NCBI GenBank assembly: GCA_003427395.1
Contig: BFEA01000045.1
Span: 4,097,421-4,149,831, forward strand
Direction of reading: 5' to 3'
DNA length: 52,411 nt
From: Chara braunii
Taxonomy: Eukaryota; Plantae; Charophyceae
In this document: in pieces, positions 25,291-38,344 of the stretch
Numbering within the stretch: the stretch's first letter is position 1
How the letters are laid out: each line of letters opens with the position of its first letter
Translations under genes and position numbers: made by a program
Notes under the pieces: generated by a model
What the model was told of the DNA's origin: nothing
Databases searched by the model: none
Seen by the model: the letters and a program-made list of their open reading frames with translations, nothing else

Positions 25291-27399
25291 AGGTTGGTTA
25301 CTGCGTGCCACTTCATGTCTTGACTGACATGTCGGAGAAATGGTGTCACGCACTAGTGAACCCTGCTTGTAGAAGGGTAACAGGCCATATTCTTGACGGC
25401 CCCGCATGCATTCCTTCATAGAATGAAAATACAGAGAAAAAAATAAACGTTGGCTACTGCGTGTCACTTCATAAATTCGGTCAATTTCCACGAAAAACAA
25501 AATGTGCATGCCACATTCTTCCCTCTCTCTCTTTGTCCCCCCCCGCCCTCGCCCTTTCGCCACCCCGCCATGTTTTTCAACAACGTCATCAAAACAGAAC
25601 CTACAAAATTCAGTGTGTATTAGCTGTCAGAAACAGACGAAGACTCGAAGATTGAGAAACATGAAAGCATAGTGTATTGTGGTGCAGTTGTGAATAGAGG
25701 TCCGTAGGTTTTGTAATTGCGTCATTGCTTCCCTCCTTCCGCAGGTCACGATTTGTGTGTCAATGTCCAGTGTCTATCATATTTTCGCACACGCACAACG
25801 AACCCATGTGTTGTGTCCTGCTCAATGACAAGGACCAACCAGATCCTCATCCTGCCATAATGATGTACGTTGTTTTGTCGCATTCTTTTCAGCAACAGAC
25901 AAAACTATTGTATTGACATTGGAAAAAAACACAACAGCTCGAGCGACAAAAAGTGATTTTTTTTTCCGAACAGGAAGTGCAATGTTCAACAATTAGTCAA
26001 CACACCTCCAACGACTTTTCAACATGTTTTAACAAATGAATCAACAATTGAACACAGTATAATCTGTTCGCGATATCTGTGATCAGGGTTGAATTCCTTT
26101 ACTTCTGATAGACCACATGACACCCTCATTGCCAAACAGTTTATCAACACAGTTCCAACGGTTTATAAATGGGGCTCACATGTGATAATCCTGTTATAAA
26201 AATTGCCACAATTGTTCTATTGCTCGGCGAAGGCGTACTTAAAGGGAGTTACCGCGTATAAAATTCGGGTTTTCCCCACTTGATTGGTAAAAGTGCGTCT
26301 TTAGAGTGGGGAGTGATGTGTGTGGCAGCTATGAGTAGAACCAGGTCTCTTCGTGTGGTGTGTGGCGGTGTTCGGCAGTCGCAGGTTTGGCCGGTAAACG
26401 AAGATGTGTCAGTGGAGTGTTTCAGTACAGCCACGCACATGGTGGAACCGTTTATGTGGTATTTTGCAGCAGCTAATCTCGGCTCTAGGCCTATGAATAT
26501 TGGTTACAGTATTGGACTTTCAGCAGGCAGGTTCACGAATCAAGGCCAGCACCCAAGGGCGAGGGAGCGAAGGACTGCGTACGAAGGACTGAGGGGTGGC
26601 GGTCCCGACCGAGAACCCAATCGGTGAGTGCAGAACGTACCAACAACTCCATTTATCCCCTCGTCAATCCCGTTTTCTGTACAACCTCATATTTCATTTT
26701 TATTTCTTACCTCTCTTTATTGTTTTATTTATTTTTATTTCTATTTTGATCCCGTTTCAAGACGGGTACCGAGGGTTGAGCAGTTAGATTATGATATCTC
26801 AAGACCGTTGCATTATGAGGTAGTCCTTCAAGTCAGGATGTCTGTTAAAAAACAGAACAATACAGAGACGACTAACATGGCCCCTACAACTAGTTCTGAG
26901 GCATGTCATGCAACCAACTTACGTCCATAAACTGTTGTAGCATAAATATGAGTACGAACTCTACCGCAGCAAATGAGAGAAATGTTATCGATTTGAGCTG
27001 CTTGCGGCCATTGATATCAAGGTCGCCCCCCCCCTCCTCTTTTCTTACAGAGTCTGTCAACATGGGGTGCGGTGGCCGGTACTGCAGTGACGAGCTCGTC
27101 GTGACAATCAAAGATTTTGAGGAAGGCCTTTTTTTGCTGACCATCGATGTATCTAGTCGTGTTCTTACGAGATAATCATTCTCGTTATGCACATTTGGGA
27201 AGTAGAGAGAGTCGGGGCACATAGAAAAGTGGAGGGGCTCGCATGTGTGAGCACGCGATTGGATCGAGAGGGTGTGTATATGAGAGAGAGAAAGGGGAGG
27301 AAGTACATACCTTGGGTGATGTATTCTTCCCTTGTTCTAGCGAAAGATTCATCCTCATTTTTGCTTATTTTGTGGGACATATGTTGAAATTATAACGAT

Positions 27400-29400
27400 A
27401 CGGAGAAGATTAAGGTTACAGAAGTAGCATCCGGCCCCACAACCACTCACTGAAACTGTTCAGCAACTCCAACTATTATAAGGGAAACTTCGGAGGGAAC
27501 CAACTCTGGAGGGTTCGATTAGTCTTTCGTCCCTATATCCGACAGACTATTTGCACGTCTGTTTTGTTGACAGCCTCCGCCAAGGTTCCTCCAGCCTTGC
27601 GCTGCTCAGACATAATTCACCACCTCTTGAGTCATAATAGGCATGCTCTCATTCAAACCTCCCACAACAGATCGACGGTGCACCAGCCACTCAGGTTTCT
27701 CCTGCCCCGTGGGCTTAATACCCACCGGCCCGCTTGCACGTTGGCTCCTCTGTCCATGTATCAAAACGGCAGAATAAGGGAATATCGACCCAGAGATGTC
27801 ACCATTGAACTGAACGGCCCTTGATAAGTATGAATTGCAATATTTCACTCGTCTACGTTCAGTGGAGTTCAAACTCGGGTCTGTATTTCATCAGTTCATG
27901 CGTGTACCGACCAACCAATCGGTTGCATTACTAGTCTTGGAACTGGTGTCGGGTCTTTTGCAGAGGTTGCTTCTCAAGACTACGATTTAGGGAGCACACG
28001 GCTCAAATGCACGTGACTGGCACACTCGACTAGGTTACCTCTCCAACTTTACGGACGTCTCAAATACTAAGGTCGAATGTCGTTGCCTTGGGCATCATGA
28101 TCGGAGTGACAGATCTATGTAATTTTAAATGCAGTATTTTATTCATCTGCTTTCAAAGGGAGTTTAAACTCATGTCTGTGTTTCAACAGTTCGAAGTTTA
28201 ACCAGCGAGGATCGACCCAGAGGGCTCGTAGTACCTTTATTTACAGCAGCAGCCTAGCAATAGGTGCGCAGCGCTGGTCTGGTTGTGTACACAGCCAGCT
28301 GACGGGAAGGAGCCTAAATCGATGGACTCGAAAGAGCACATCGCATACTTGAGCAGTACGACTCAGTCGGCGGTCGGGTGAGACTAACTAAGCAACCAAC
28401 GTTGGTTCCATCACGGTCCCAGTACCAGCACTGGTACCGATCCCAAAATAAATAATAATAATACAAAAATGAACAAAAACTTTGAATCTTGTCAAGAGGG
28501 AGAGGGATCGTTAACGAAACCAAGGGGGATACCCCTAAACGCTTCTTCATCGCTGTCCACAGGCCTTGATCCCCGTGCCTCCCGTACCTGCTGCATGAAA
28601 GCCCAACATCGTAACCAATAGCACTAGGCCCAAGGTTAGCACTAATAGCTGCAAGAATTCATATAGATGGGTATCGTATCGTGTGTAGGCCTACCAAAAT
28701 GCCCCAAGGCCAGACCTTGGCCTACCGGCTAGACTTATGGTCACCACTTCCCTATGCTTGCCGCACAAAAGGTCGAACCTTGTTCATAACCACCACACAC
28801 ACCATTCATTATGCAGAGGTCTTTCCACAAATAGTAAAATCTGTCGTGCAAATGGCCACAATTTAAAAATCATATCCCCAACGGCAAAAGCTTCAACTTT
28901 CACCTCGGCCGCATACTTTTTCAAGGTCGAGGGTGACTCCTTCTAACTCGTAGGCTTACACAGACCAAGGCGCCATGCTAAACACCACGCTACACGGACT
29001 CCAAAAATCCTTCCAAAAGATAAGCAAATTAACCACCTCAAGATCGTGGCCCCGACAATTAAATTTTGACGTTAGCCACGACCGATGCTGCCTCGGCATG
29101 AACACACGTACCATAAACAAACGTATCAACCAAAGGAAATATCATTTAGTCCTAATTTTAATCGAGAACAATAATTTTAGTCGACACATGTGCCAACTTT
29201 GTAATATCAACAAGGAAAAGCGTGCGTGTCTTTAAACTGCTCGCTCATACACTCCCTATTTTTCTCATGAACACCAAGTTCATAACAACTGCAAACTGGT
29301 CACGATTTGCGCGACACAACCAAATTTCGAACCAAAATTCATTTATGACACTTACAAAAACCAAGGCGGATACTCTTGTAAGGATATTTGCATCCACAAC
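27400..29400. repeat. Copy 1 of a ~2-kb diverged direct repeat containing LSU-derived sequence
   Basis: Collinear anchors with copy 2: 27630/34420, 27765/34545, 28120/34790, 29100-29330/35500-35730 and 29370/35795. Confidence 0.65.
27467..27782 (-). pseudogene. Degenerate nuclear LSU (26S/28S) rRNA-derived fragment
   Basis: The + strand reads AGGGAAACTTCGGAGGGAACCAACT..GGTTCGATTAGTCTTTCGTCCCTATA..ATTTGCACGTC..GCTCAGACATAATTCACCA..GTCCATGTATCAAAACGG. This is the reverse complement of the conserved LSU segment between the LR5 and LR3 primer sites, with many substitutions. Confidence 0.85.
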
Positions 29401-30469
29401 TTAACGGACCACATTAAGCGACGTCCCTGTCGCTCCGAATAATCAAAAGTTACCAACCACAACTCAAATGCTGATGACAGAAAACTAAATCTGATCGGCC
29501 GACTGACTCCGTTTTGAGGGTTTTATCGATCAATGACTACCTGCTGTCAGTATTTCAACATGGGTCTCCGTTGTCCTGACATCGAACGCCGGCATACCTG
29601 ATCAGTACTACAACATAGAGCTCACGTGGTTATAAAACTTTTCATAGTCCTCTTCCTTTGTCCTAGACAATTGTCGGTTGATCGTTGAGCGTCCTGTTCA
29701 GTCACAATCCCTCGTGCTGGGTCATAACTTTGAACGTGGGCCCTAATCAAGACCTTTATAAGGCACACTCACCTTTTTGTTATCACACACTTTTTGTGAA
29801 GTCTAGTACAAAAGGGTCAGGTCTCCATCTTGGTGCACCATAGTCTGGTTGATCGAGCAAGATCTATGGTCCGCCACATCATTATTTTAGCAACAGTGTT
29901 TTCGTTGGTTACGTAATGATATACGATTTTTCTGATAAGACTTTTATCAAGACTCTAACAAATAGATTTGACTTTTATCCTTCCAACATCCCGCGGGAGT
30001 AAGAGTCTCTGAGGCGGTCACACCCCTCAAGCCTCTCCTTTTGGTCAGTCGTGGGTCCGCTACCATATTGCGCCGATCAGCAGTCAACACTAGGGGTTGC
30101 GCCCCAGTGATGCTCAAATTTTCCTTTTAGTTGGGTTTTTTCACACATGTCTTAAGATTAACATCATAATGATTGAACAGTGTGTCGCAATAAACTCGGG
30201 CCTACCGTGAGACTATGCAAAGGCTCGTTTGATTCTAAGACATTTACCAACTCTCTCTTAGACAACATAAAGCATATTTTTCAATAATAAAAATTCATTG
30301 TCTGATTCACAGGGTTTATGTCTCCCACTTGATCAAAGCAAACTAGGTCTCACATCTTAAGATCATTTCTAAAAAACAAATAACAATATGTGCGACATTC
30401 CAAGATTCCACCATTGGATTATCACTTTTTTAGTCCTTCTCGTCATACTTTATCATTAAGGTCATTTTT

Positions 30470-30640
30470 AATCATTTAACTACCTTCCGCTTTAAGGGAA
30501 GTCATTCATAGAATCATTAAGTCACCCTTCCAGTTGAAAGGGAGTCAACTGTAAAATCATTAAGTCATCTTCTTGCACTTGAAGATGAGTTACAAAATAA
30601 ATCATTAAGCCACCTTCCAATTGAAGGAGAGTCATTCACA
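30470..30640. repeat. ~43-bp tandem repeat, 4 copies, each unit with a small hairpin
   Basis: AATCATTAAGTCA-CCCTTC-CAGTT-GAAAGGG-AGTCA type units. Confidence 0.8.
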
Positions 30641-30737
30641 CATGATGCATCTCACGACTTATGCATGAGGAGTGTATGAACTCCCCACTCTTCGTTATAC
30701 CTAAGAAGTCTGTCAAATTAACGGACTGAGAGCTTAA

Positions 30738-31565
30738 ACCACCAGTATCTCCGAGTCTGTTTTTGCCGACCCTGATTTTCACTTCGCTCCGAGTTTCTCG
30801 ATCCAAGGTCCCACTCCATTTCTTTATGGTACTCTCACGGGCATAAAAAAAAAGGAAAAAATAACAGAAAAGTTACGGTCGTGAAACCCACAAAAAAAAA
30901 AGAAACAATGCTCTGACCGTGATTGTAGTTGTATACATTCATGGAAGTGGTAGTGTGAGTGTGCCCTCAGTGAGGGCATCTCAGCCTCGTGACTAGGTTA
31001 TCAGATTCAAAAAAAAAAAAAAAAAAAATCAGAAACGAGTATTTGGACGTGAAAATGGATGGATACGTTCCTCTAAGTGTCAGTGTGATAAGGGTTACAA
31101 TCCTCTGAGGGAACACAGCCCGAGCAGATCATGGATTCGTATTGTCAGATTTCAAAAAAAAAAGAAAAAAAAAACGGAAACATGGATTCGACCGTGAAAA
31201 TGGTTGGATACATCAGGGTTACAATCCTCTGAGGAAACACAGCCAACGCATCAGGGATTCCGCCCTGCATCGTTGGCAAAAGACTCATAATAAACAAACG
31301 AGAAATAAAAAAAGAAAACAACAAGTTTCAGAATGTGACCGTCTTTGTTGTAAGATGCAATCTGTAGGAAAACTTTGAGCATGACCTCCTAGACTACCGT
31401 GCCCGACATCATTGCAGTACATAAGTTTTTTTTTTTTTCCCTTTTTTTTTTCACACGCGGGCAAAAGAAAACGAAGATTTATGAGACTCGTCGACCCTGG
31501 GTCTCACCACCGATTTTCAGACCAATACTTTGTAATTTCCCAACACTGACAGAGGTACTAGTGGT
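30738..31565. mobile_element. 828-bp non-autonomous TIR element (MITE) with TTAA flanks
   Basis: TTAA(30734-30737)|ACCACCAGTATCTC ... GAGGTACTAGTGGT|TTAA(31566-31569); 12/14 TIR match. There is an internal duplication GGGTTACAATCCTCTGAGG.AACACAGCC at ~31092 and 31216. Confidence 0.7.
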
Positions 31566-34249
31566 TTAAGTATGAGAAGGGAAAGCATAGTTCACTAATG
31601 GATTGGTGTGAAAATCTCGAAGGATTTATGTGTCTTATGTGGCTCAAAGTTTGTCTGTGCCGACTGTTTTTTGTTAATGTGAATTATGTTGACGGCTCAT
31701 AGCGAGCCTCTCAATGAAATATGGTTTTGTGGTGAGCCCCCTACAAGTGGGAGGTGGTTATATGCATCTCCACATAAAAATCGTCATACATTAAGATAAG
31801 TCCACACACTTGAGAGTGATTATGATTGTCGAGCAAAAACGATAGACTCAATCTCAAATACACTCCAAGTTCAAAAATCTCAACTCAAAATGAAACAAGA
31901 ATAGTCTCAAAATCTCACACATACTGAAAATTGAGAAAGTTTCAACTCAGAATGACACCAAGTAGTTTTTGTGTCCCACGTGTACTTAGCGTTAAACAAT
32001 TTCAACTCAATATGACACAGGGTAATCACTATATCACTAATGGACTCAGTGTTTCACTCAATATCATACAAAGGTGTTGTTGAGTTATTGTACAAATATC
32101 ATTGAGGTATCGCACAAATGTCACTGAGGTATCGCACAACTATCATAACCCTAGTGACCAAAACAAAAAATAGTCTCAACTAAGGCGCAATTACATCCCT
32201 TATCTATAAAAAAAAGCAAGGCAGACATAATATGTATCCAAGTATCATATACATAAAATAGAAAACAATAGAGTATCTAAAGTGACCTCGAGTCAAAGAC
32301 GTTGTACATACCACTCTCTCATATCACAACAGAAACAAAAGCATAAAAATCTTATAATAACCCACGAGGTCATAATATCACCAAATTGTAAAACTAATAC
32401 CCACCAATCCTAATATACCTTACATATACAAACATATGAGAGACATTTCCCCAAAAGAATCGCGAGTCTCAAACAATCACCTCACCCCGAATTTCAGGGC
32501 AATATCTTGAAAGGAAAGACAAGTATCTAAGAGGAAAAATAATTACTAGAACCCGAAGTCAAAGCAGTGCTCTTGATAAAGTCACATCCCCAAACGTGAT
32601 CATTCATCACACTCAAACCTAACTTTAAGCCATACTCACAACAAACTCCCACTCACGGTGATCCACGCTTACATGAGGCCCACACTTATGCCAAAATCAT
32701 AACCTATAGAAAATCATGGTGCAACATATATACATACACACTAAGATGTACATCTACTCTGACTCACCCAATATATAACTAAATACTGCCAACTACCAGA
32801 AAAAATGAGATCAAATAAGTGGTGTCTTCTGTCTCATCCTTTAGAAACACACCTAATAGTCTAAAACAAAATCTGCAGACTGAAATTTTTTAAATACAAA
32901 GATAAAGGTCGATTGAAATTCGTACCACTGTACTTTCGCTAACCCTGTCTTTTTTACCACCTCTATGATCATTCATTGCCTCGTCCACCCTTTCCATAGC
33001 CTTGGCCACTCTGGTCGTTTCATCCATTACTACGTGTGTTGCCATTACGTTCATCTTCACTTTGGTCTCCACCTATAGTTTCGTCGGTTTTCATCGTGGC
33101 CGTAAACGCCACGACCCGTATTCTTGCGCCCTCACCCAACACGTTGCTTTTGGCCTCCCCCACTTGCAGCACTAGCTTGCAATGCTCGCTGTGCCGGTGG
33201 AGTGGGCGGCCCCATAGGTTGGGTTTGGTTTGCCTGAGGTCCACGTGACATCCTGCTCATTTGTGGGCAGGAGTAAGCTTCATATTAGCTTACAAGGCCC
33301 TAGCCACCTAGTGTCCAAGGCATGTACAAATTGCGCATCAGCCACTAGCTATATAGTACTTGCTCGGTTGGAGGGGGTCTCGTTGACATCAATCGGCTTC
33401 CTGACCCTGACGGAGACGCTGTTGCATATTGCGAACACTGCCATTTCCAAACACCTTAACCTCCTTGAGCAAGGTTTCTCGCCTTTCGTTGAGTCTTTGT
33501 CAACTTAGGAGGTTTATGCTTTTTCTCCACCTTCTTACCTTTTTCTCTGTCCTGAATGTCAGACCACATTTTCTGGATCTTCATGAGATGTGAGAATCTT
33601 GATCATCATCATTTGTTTTCTTTCCACTTCGGCTAGCCATCTCGCTCAACGTTCCTTCTAAGATTTTCCCCTCGCCTTTCCTATTTTTTTTTCCAATCGC
33701 GCCATGCTCTTTTTCATTATCCCTACTTGTTTCTATATACCACTTAAATCTCCTTGTGCTAATACACCCCCGACTACTTGCATAAAGCTATCACAATGTT
33801 GGTCTCCCCACTCCATCTTCTATAAATCTTAGCCTCAAAAAACTCTCAATGTCACTCTATGACCGCGACTTTCGTATGAGGGTAAATACTTTCTTGCTCA
33901 GCTCCTTCGACCTCGCGTACCCCTTATACTACAACGAACGAGAAACGCCCTTAGTTGGGTCACCTCTACGATTGCACTTGACAAACTTTTGCACGTGATT
34001 CGGTAGCTCGGCGGGGATACAACTGTCCAAGGGTGGTGACAACCCCTTGGCAGATATAAGTTGTTCCTCGCGAAACCTCTGTCCTGTCGTAGGGTTTCCT
34101 AAAAGGTATGGCTGCCTCACTCACCCGAAGTGGCAAAATATGTTTTTGAGAAAAAAAATGCAAAATCCTGCGTAAAGTGATCTGGAAGGTCCGCCTGCTG
34201 GACCGATGTGCTTGACACCGCAAGCAACAGTTTTGAGATACTGTCATTT

Positions 34250-35830
34250 AAGTGACTGGTCTTGCTGAGCAATTCATCATTGTAGTATTTCACTCATCCT
34301 CGTGCGGTGGAATTTGAACTCAAGTCTACATTACAACGTTTTTTGGGAATACCAACTGGGCTAGCTCAGCGAGTCTCAACGTTGGTCCAGAACCAGCATT
34401 GGCACCGGCTCCGACAAGCATGCTCATGCCCCATTCTCACAACATACCGTGGTTAGCGAAAGGTGCTCCAACCATTGGTTTCTTCCGCCTCGTGGGTTGA
34501 GCACCCATCGGCTCGCTTGCTCACTCACTCCTCGGTTCGTGTTTCAAGTCGGCGAGGAAGAGGAATTTCACCAGCATCCCGAACACGCAGGAACCCCAAC
34601 AGTTGTGACGGTCACCTGTGGGGGTTTCAATCACTCCCAACCGCAGTTTTGTCCCCAATAGTCCATGCCGACGGGCACCCTGCGTCTAGCAAGGAAATAA
34701 ATTCGATCAGACCCCAAAAAGAGGCATCGAGTCCAGGTCTTTGACTACCGTAATGACACTAAGACGTCACCGAGCTGAGCGGTCCTCGATAATTCAAAAT
34801 TAGTTGGTTTTACTCATCGAGTTCCCTTATTGAGATTCAAACTCATGTCTATTTTTCAACAATTCATAGTTGTACCCATTGTTATAGGCTTTTAGGTTCG
34901 TATACGCGGGTTGACTCAACCCATAACTGTTCTAAAACTTCAATTAGTCAGCGGATGCCAATGAGAACCATTATAAGTAGAGCGTTGACTGAGTAGTGAC
35001 CATACCACAAGACATGCATGAAGCATGATTTTTCCCGCTTGCCCATGCACTGAGGTTTTATCTCTTTAGCGTACAGATAGTCACTATACCGACCAGACAT
35101 CGCCACGAATGATCACAATAGTGACCAGACACCTGCCCTCTCCGTGAATCACCGTGAAGCAAAGGCAGAAAGTCAAAATGGGTAGGGGCATGAGCAATAT
35201 CGACATACTCACCGCTCCAAACCTCCAAAAACAGCCCGCTAACACTCCTGCCCACAATAACGATGTTCCATTAAAAAAAAAATAAAAAAATGTAGCCGCC
35301 GTTGCTGAACTCTGCCCAACATACGTCATGTTAGTCGATGGTTGTTCGCACCGTCTATGCCAATATGATAATCTCTCTCCTCACGAATCTTGTTGTATGC
35401 GGGTTCAACCACTGCCTCAAAATAAAGTCAAAGGTAATATTTCTAATCGGCAACACCGGTGACTGGACCTGACACCGACCATAACGCCGCCGCCTCCACT
35501 CGAGCACACATGTGTCACGATGAAACGTACCGACCAAAAGAAAAGAGCATTTAGTCATAATTAAATCAATAACAGAAGTTGGCCAACAATTGTGTCCACT
35601 CTACAATATCAACAAGAAAAATCAAGCGCGCCTCAAAATTGTAAGCGCACACACTTCCTACTTTTCCTTCGAACACACAGTTGGTCATAAAAAGAAAAGT
35701 GGATGCGGTTTGCGAGACCCACCCGACTTTCGCTCTACATTTTTTTGAATAAAAACTATTTTTTTGTCATTTGCAAGAAATCAGGTGGATACACCTGTAA
35801 GGGAATTCGCACTGACAACGCGAGAAATTG
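34250..35830. repeat. Copy 2 of the LSU-containing direct repeat
   Basis: See the anchors listed for copy 1. The LSU-like segment at ~34415-34570 includes ACTCCTCGGTTCGTGTTTCAAGTCGG (LR3-site-like). Confidence 0.65.
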
Positions 35831-36669
35831 AATATAAACAACATTCAAATCCAACCCAGACATGCCAACCCTCTTTAAGGCTACGCTTTGGCTAATCCAA
35901 GCCCACCAGTTAGGCCCAAGACCTCCGATCTTCATCACTGCATGCACGAGGTCTAAAGGCCGCATCTTGGCTATCCGACACATCGTCCACAATACCTACG
36001 ACCGACTTTCAGTTTTTAGCGTGCATGTGGTCCACCATTCGCACTTAGGTCCTACTTGATAAGATTAAAGACATCCCTCGGTCGCATGTCGGATCTTTTC
36101 GATTCGACCTTGTCGAACTTGGACCAGGGTTATGCCTTGGCCACGCAACACGTCGTTAACCATAAACAAGAGTGTCGAGCCTCGGTTCGGCCCAACGTTT
36201 TTTAGCGTTCAGTAAACGATTGAAATTGACCTTCATATTAGTCCTGACAACAGACTATGTCATCGACAACAGTTTTGGTAGTTGGATTCGACCAGTCATA
36301 AAAACAAACAACTTTAATAGAGTAAAAATACAATAAAAGCGAATAAATAAATAAATAAATAAAACGAACACAATTAAAAAATGATCGACAACACAGTGAC
36401 CTCACGCCGCCGCACTTTCACTCGTTGCGGTAATGCGCGCCCATAGACAATCTCTAACCTAACCCAACCTACTCAAACTATCTTGAGCCTAACGACGTGG
36501 GCAGGAGTCACGTAAAAAGAGTGTGACACTGTTTCAACTATCGTCATGAATGCACCTTATGCGCCCTGCGTAAACCCGGGTAAATACCCTTGTAAGGGTA
36601 TTTGCTCTAACAACTCTAACCATAATAATACAAAATAATAAGATACATCATCAAAATAAATAGTAACTA

Positions 36670-37520
36670 AAACTTTGTAGGACTTAAGTACTAAAAGAAG
36701 CATTGATGTAAAAGTAATAATTTCAAAACTCATAATCAGAACATGAAATGAAAGTTTTGCACAAATATAACTTTTTAAAAAGCCAAAAAAATATTTTTTT
36801 TAATTAAATCGCCTATAAAACAAAAGTGATGATTATACCAATCGATTTTCAAAGCAAATACTCGATTAAGAACATTGCAGATGATCCATTAAGCAAAAAC
36901 AAAAAGAAAAAAAAAGATAAGGGGAAGGAGAAGAGAAGAGAGGGGAAATAAAAATTATGAGAGGAAAAAAAAGATAGAGAGAACAATTGATGTCTACTAT
37001 AAAAACGAACATCAAACTAATAAGGAAAGTAAAATTACTTGAAAGAAAGGAGGGTTAAAAAAAAATTATAAATAAAAAGGGAAAAGAGGAAAGGAGGGAG
37101 TGAGAATGTATACAAAGAAAAATAAACAAAGTTGAGAAAAATATAAGGATAATAAAAAAATAAAAATAAAATATAAAATATAAAATATCAATTAGATACA
37201 TGACCAAAACAAAAAGTAACTGCAACTTCGTAGGACCGAAGTACTAAAAGAAGTTCAACTTGCAAAACTCGCAATCAAAGTATGAAACGAGAAACTTATG
37301 CATTATAACGCGATTAAGAACATTGCAAAATGATATATTATGCAGAATCGAAAAGAAAAAGGAGATAAGGAGAGAGAAAGGAGGAGAGAGGGAAGATATA
37401 AGGTATGAGAGAGAAAAGAGAAAGAGAAAACAATTGAAGTCTACTACGAAAATGAACATCAAACAAATGAGAAGAGTGAAGCTATTCTGAAGAGAAAGGG
37501 GTGAACAAAAAACCATGTGA
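36670..37520. repeat. A-rich region with a diverged tandem duplication
   Basis: GTAGGAC..AAGTACTAAAAGAAG, CGATTAAGAACATTGCA and AACAATTGA.GTCTACTA each occur twice in the same order. Confidence 0.75.
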
Positions 37521-38165
37521 ATGGAAAAGCGAGCGAGGAAAGGAGGGAGAGAGAGGGCAAAAAAAAAAAAAAAGAAACAGGGATGGGAGAAATACAGGGA
37601 CAACGGAAAAAGAAGGGAGAGAAAGAAGTAACACATAAAATATCTATGATGGCACTGAGGACATAAAAAACATGTGTAAAGATATCATGAAAGCACAAGG
37701 AAAATGCAAGAAGATGAAAAGAGAAGCGGATGAGGAAAGGGATGAGCTACTGAAGGATAAGGTCCTGCTGTCACAGTCCATACACCCTATAGGTCCCTCT
37801 ATGGATTCCATGGCTGACAAAAAATCTGCCAGCCCTGCAAGGGTGGTACCAAACACACCCAACCTGAGCTGCCATCGATGGACGGAAATGCCCTTTCAAT
37901 GCCCTTCCCGTGCCCTTCCCGGCTGCAGCCTGCATACTGCTTCCCCATGGTCTAGAGTTCAACGCCCAATGGTGAGGCGTTATCATCCTTCCCTTCCCTC
38001 ACTGCAGGCGAGGAACAGCTGAGCATGCCCTGGAAACAGGAGGTAAGTCGGGGGCAGCCAGAATGGTGCACGAGCCTCTACCCCCAGCCCATGGCAGCTC
38101 AGCGTCTTGTAAGCTCAGCACTGCAAGTAGGGGGTGCTCGAGCGGCAGGCGGGGACTTCGATTAC

Positions 38166-38344
38166 CTGCTGTGCAGTGTGTGCGGCGCAGTCTCGAAGTC
38201 GTCGCTCTCCGACGACCCGAAAGAGGGTCGTGGAGGCCCGGAAGGGACTCTCACCGTCACCCTCAACAGCAAGCGAGGACGTTCAGGGGAGACCCCGTCG
38301 GGATCAAGCTCGAAAACCGGGGTTTTTGTCGCTCGGCGGGACAT
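38166..38344 (-). CDS. Candidate first coding exon of a divergently transcribed unknown gene
   Basis: GC-rich, non-repetitive, ATG-initiated frame MSRRATKTPVFELDPDGVSPERPRLL...APHTLHS ending at a CAG|GTAATC donor, ~1 kb upstream of the golgin ATG. No homology recognised. Confidence 0.25.

Larger units (their letters stand above)
29450..34174 (-). mobile_element. Highly decayed, internally deleted Ty3/gypsy-like retrotransposon body
   Basis: Family-B terminal segment at 33908-34174. A gag-like G/Q-rich relic at ~32830-33820 (KLTKTQRKARNLAQGG...GQGYGKGGRG...CRFC) has many stops. Integrase C-terminal-like GDLTLLY...GPTFKV lies at ~29600-29900. Confidence 0.5.

Noticed and set aside
27467-27782. 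Functional rRNA gene
   Set aside because: Only ~300 bp, with many substitutions and deletions in normally invariant positions, and no intact flanking rDNA.
28538-28580. 5.8S rRNA-like TTCTTCATCG match
   Set aside because: Only ~10 exact bases, which cannot be distinguished from chance without a covariance-model search.
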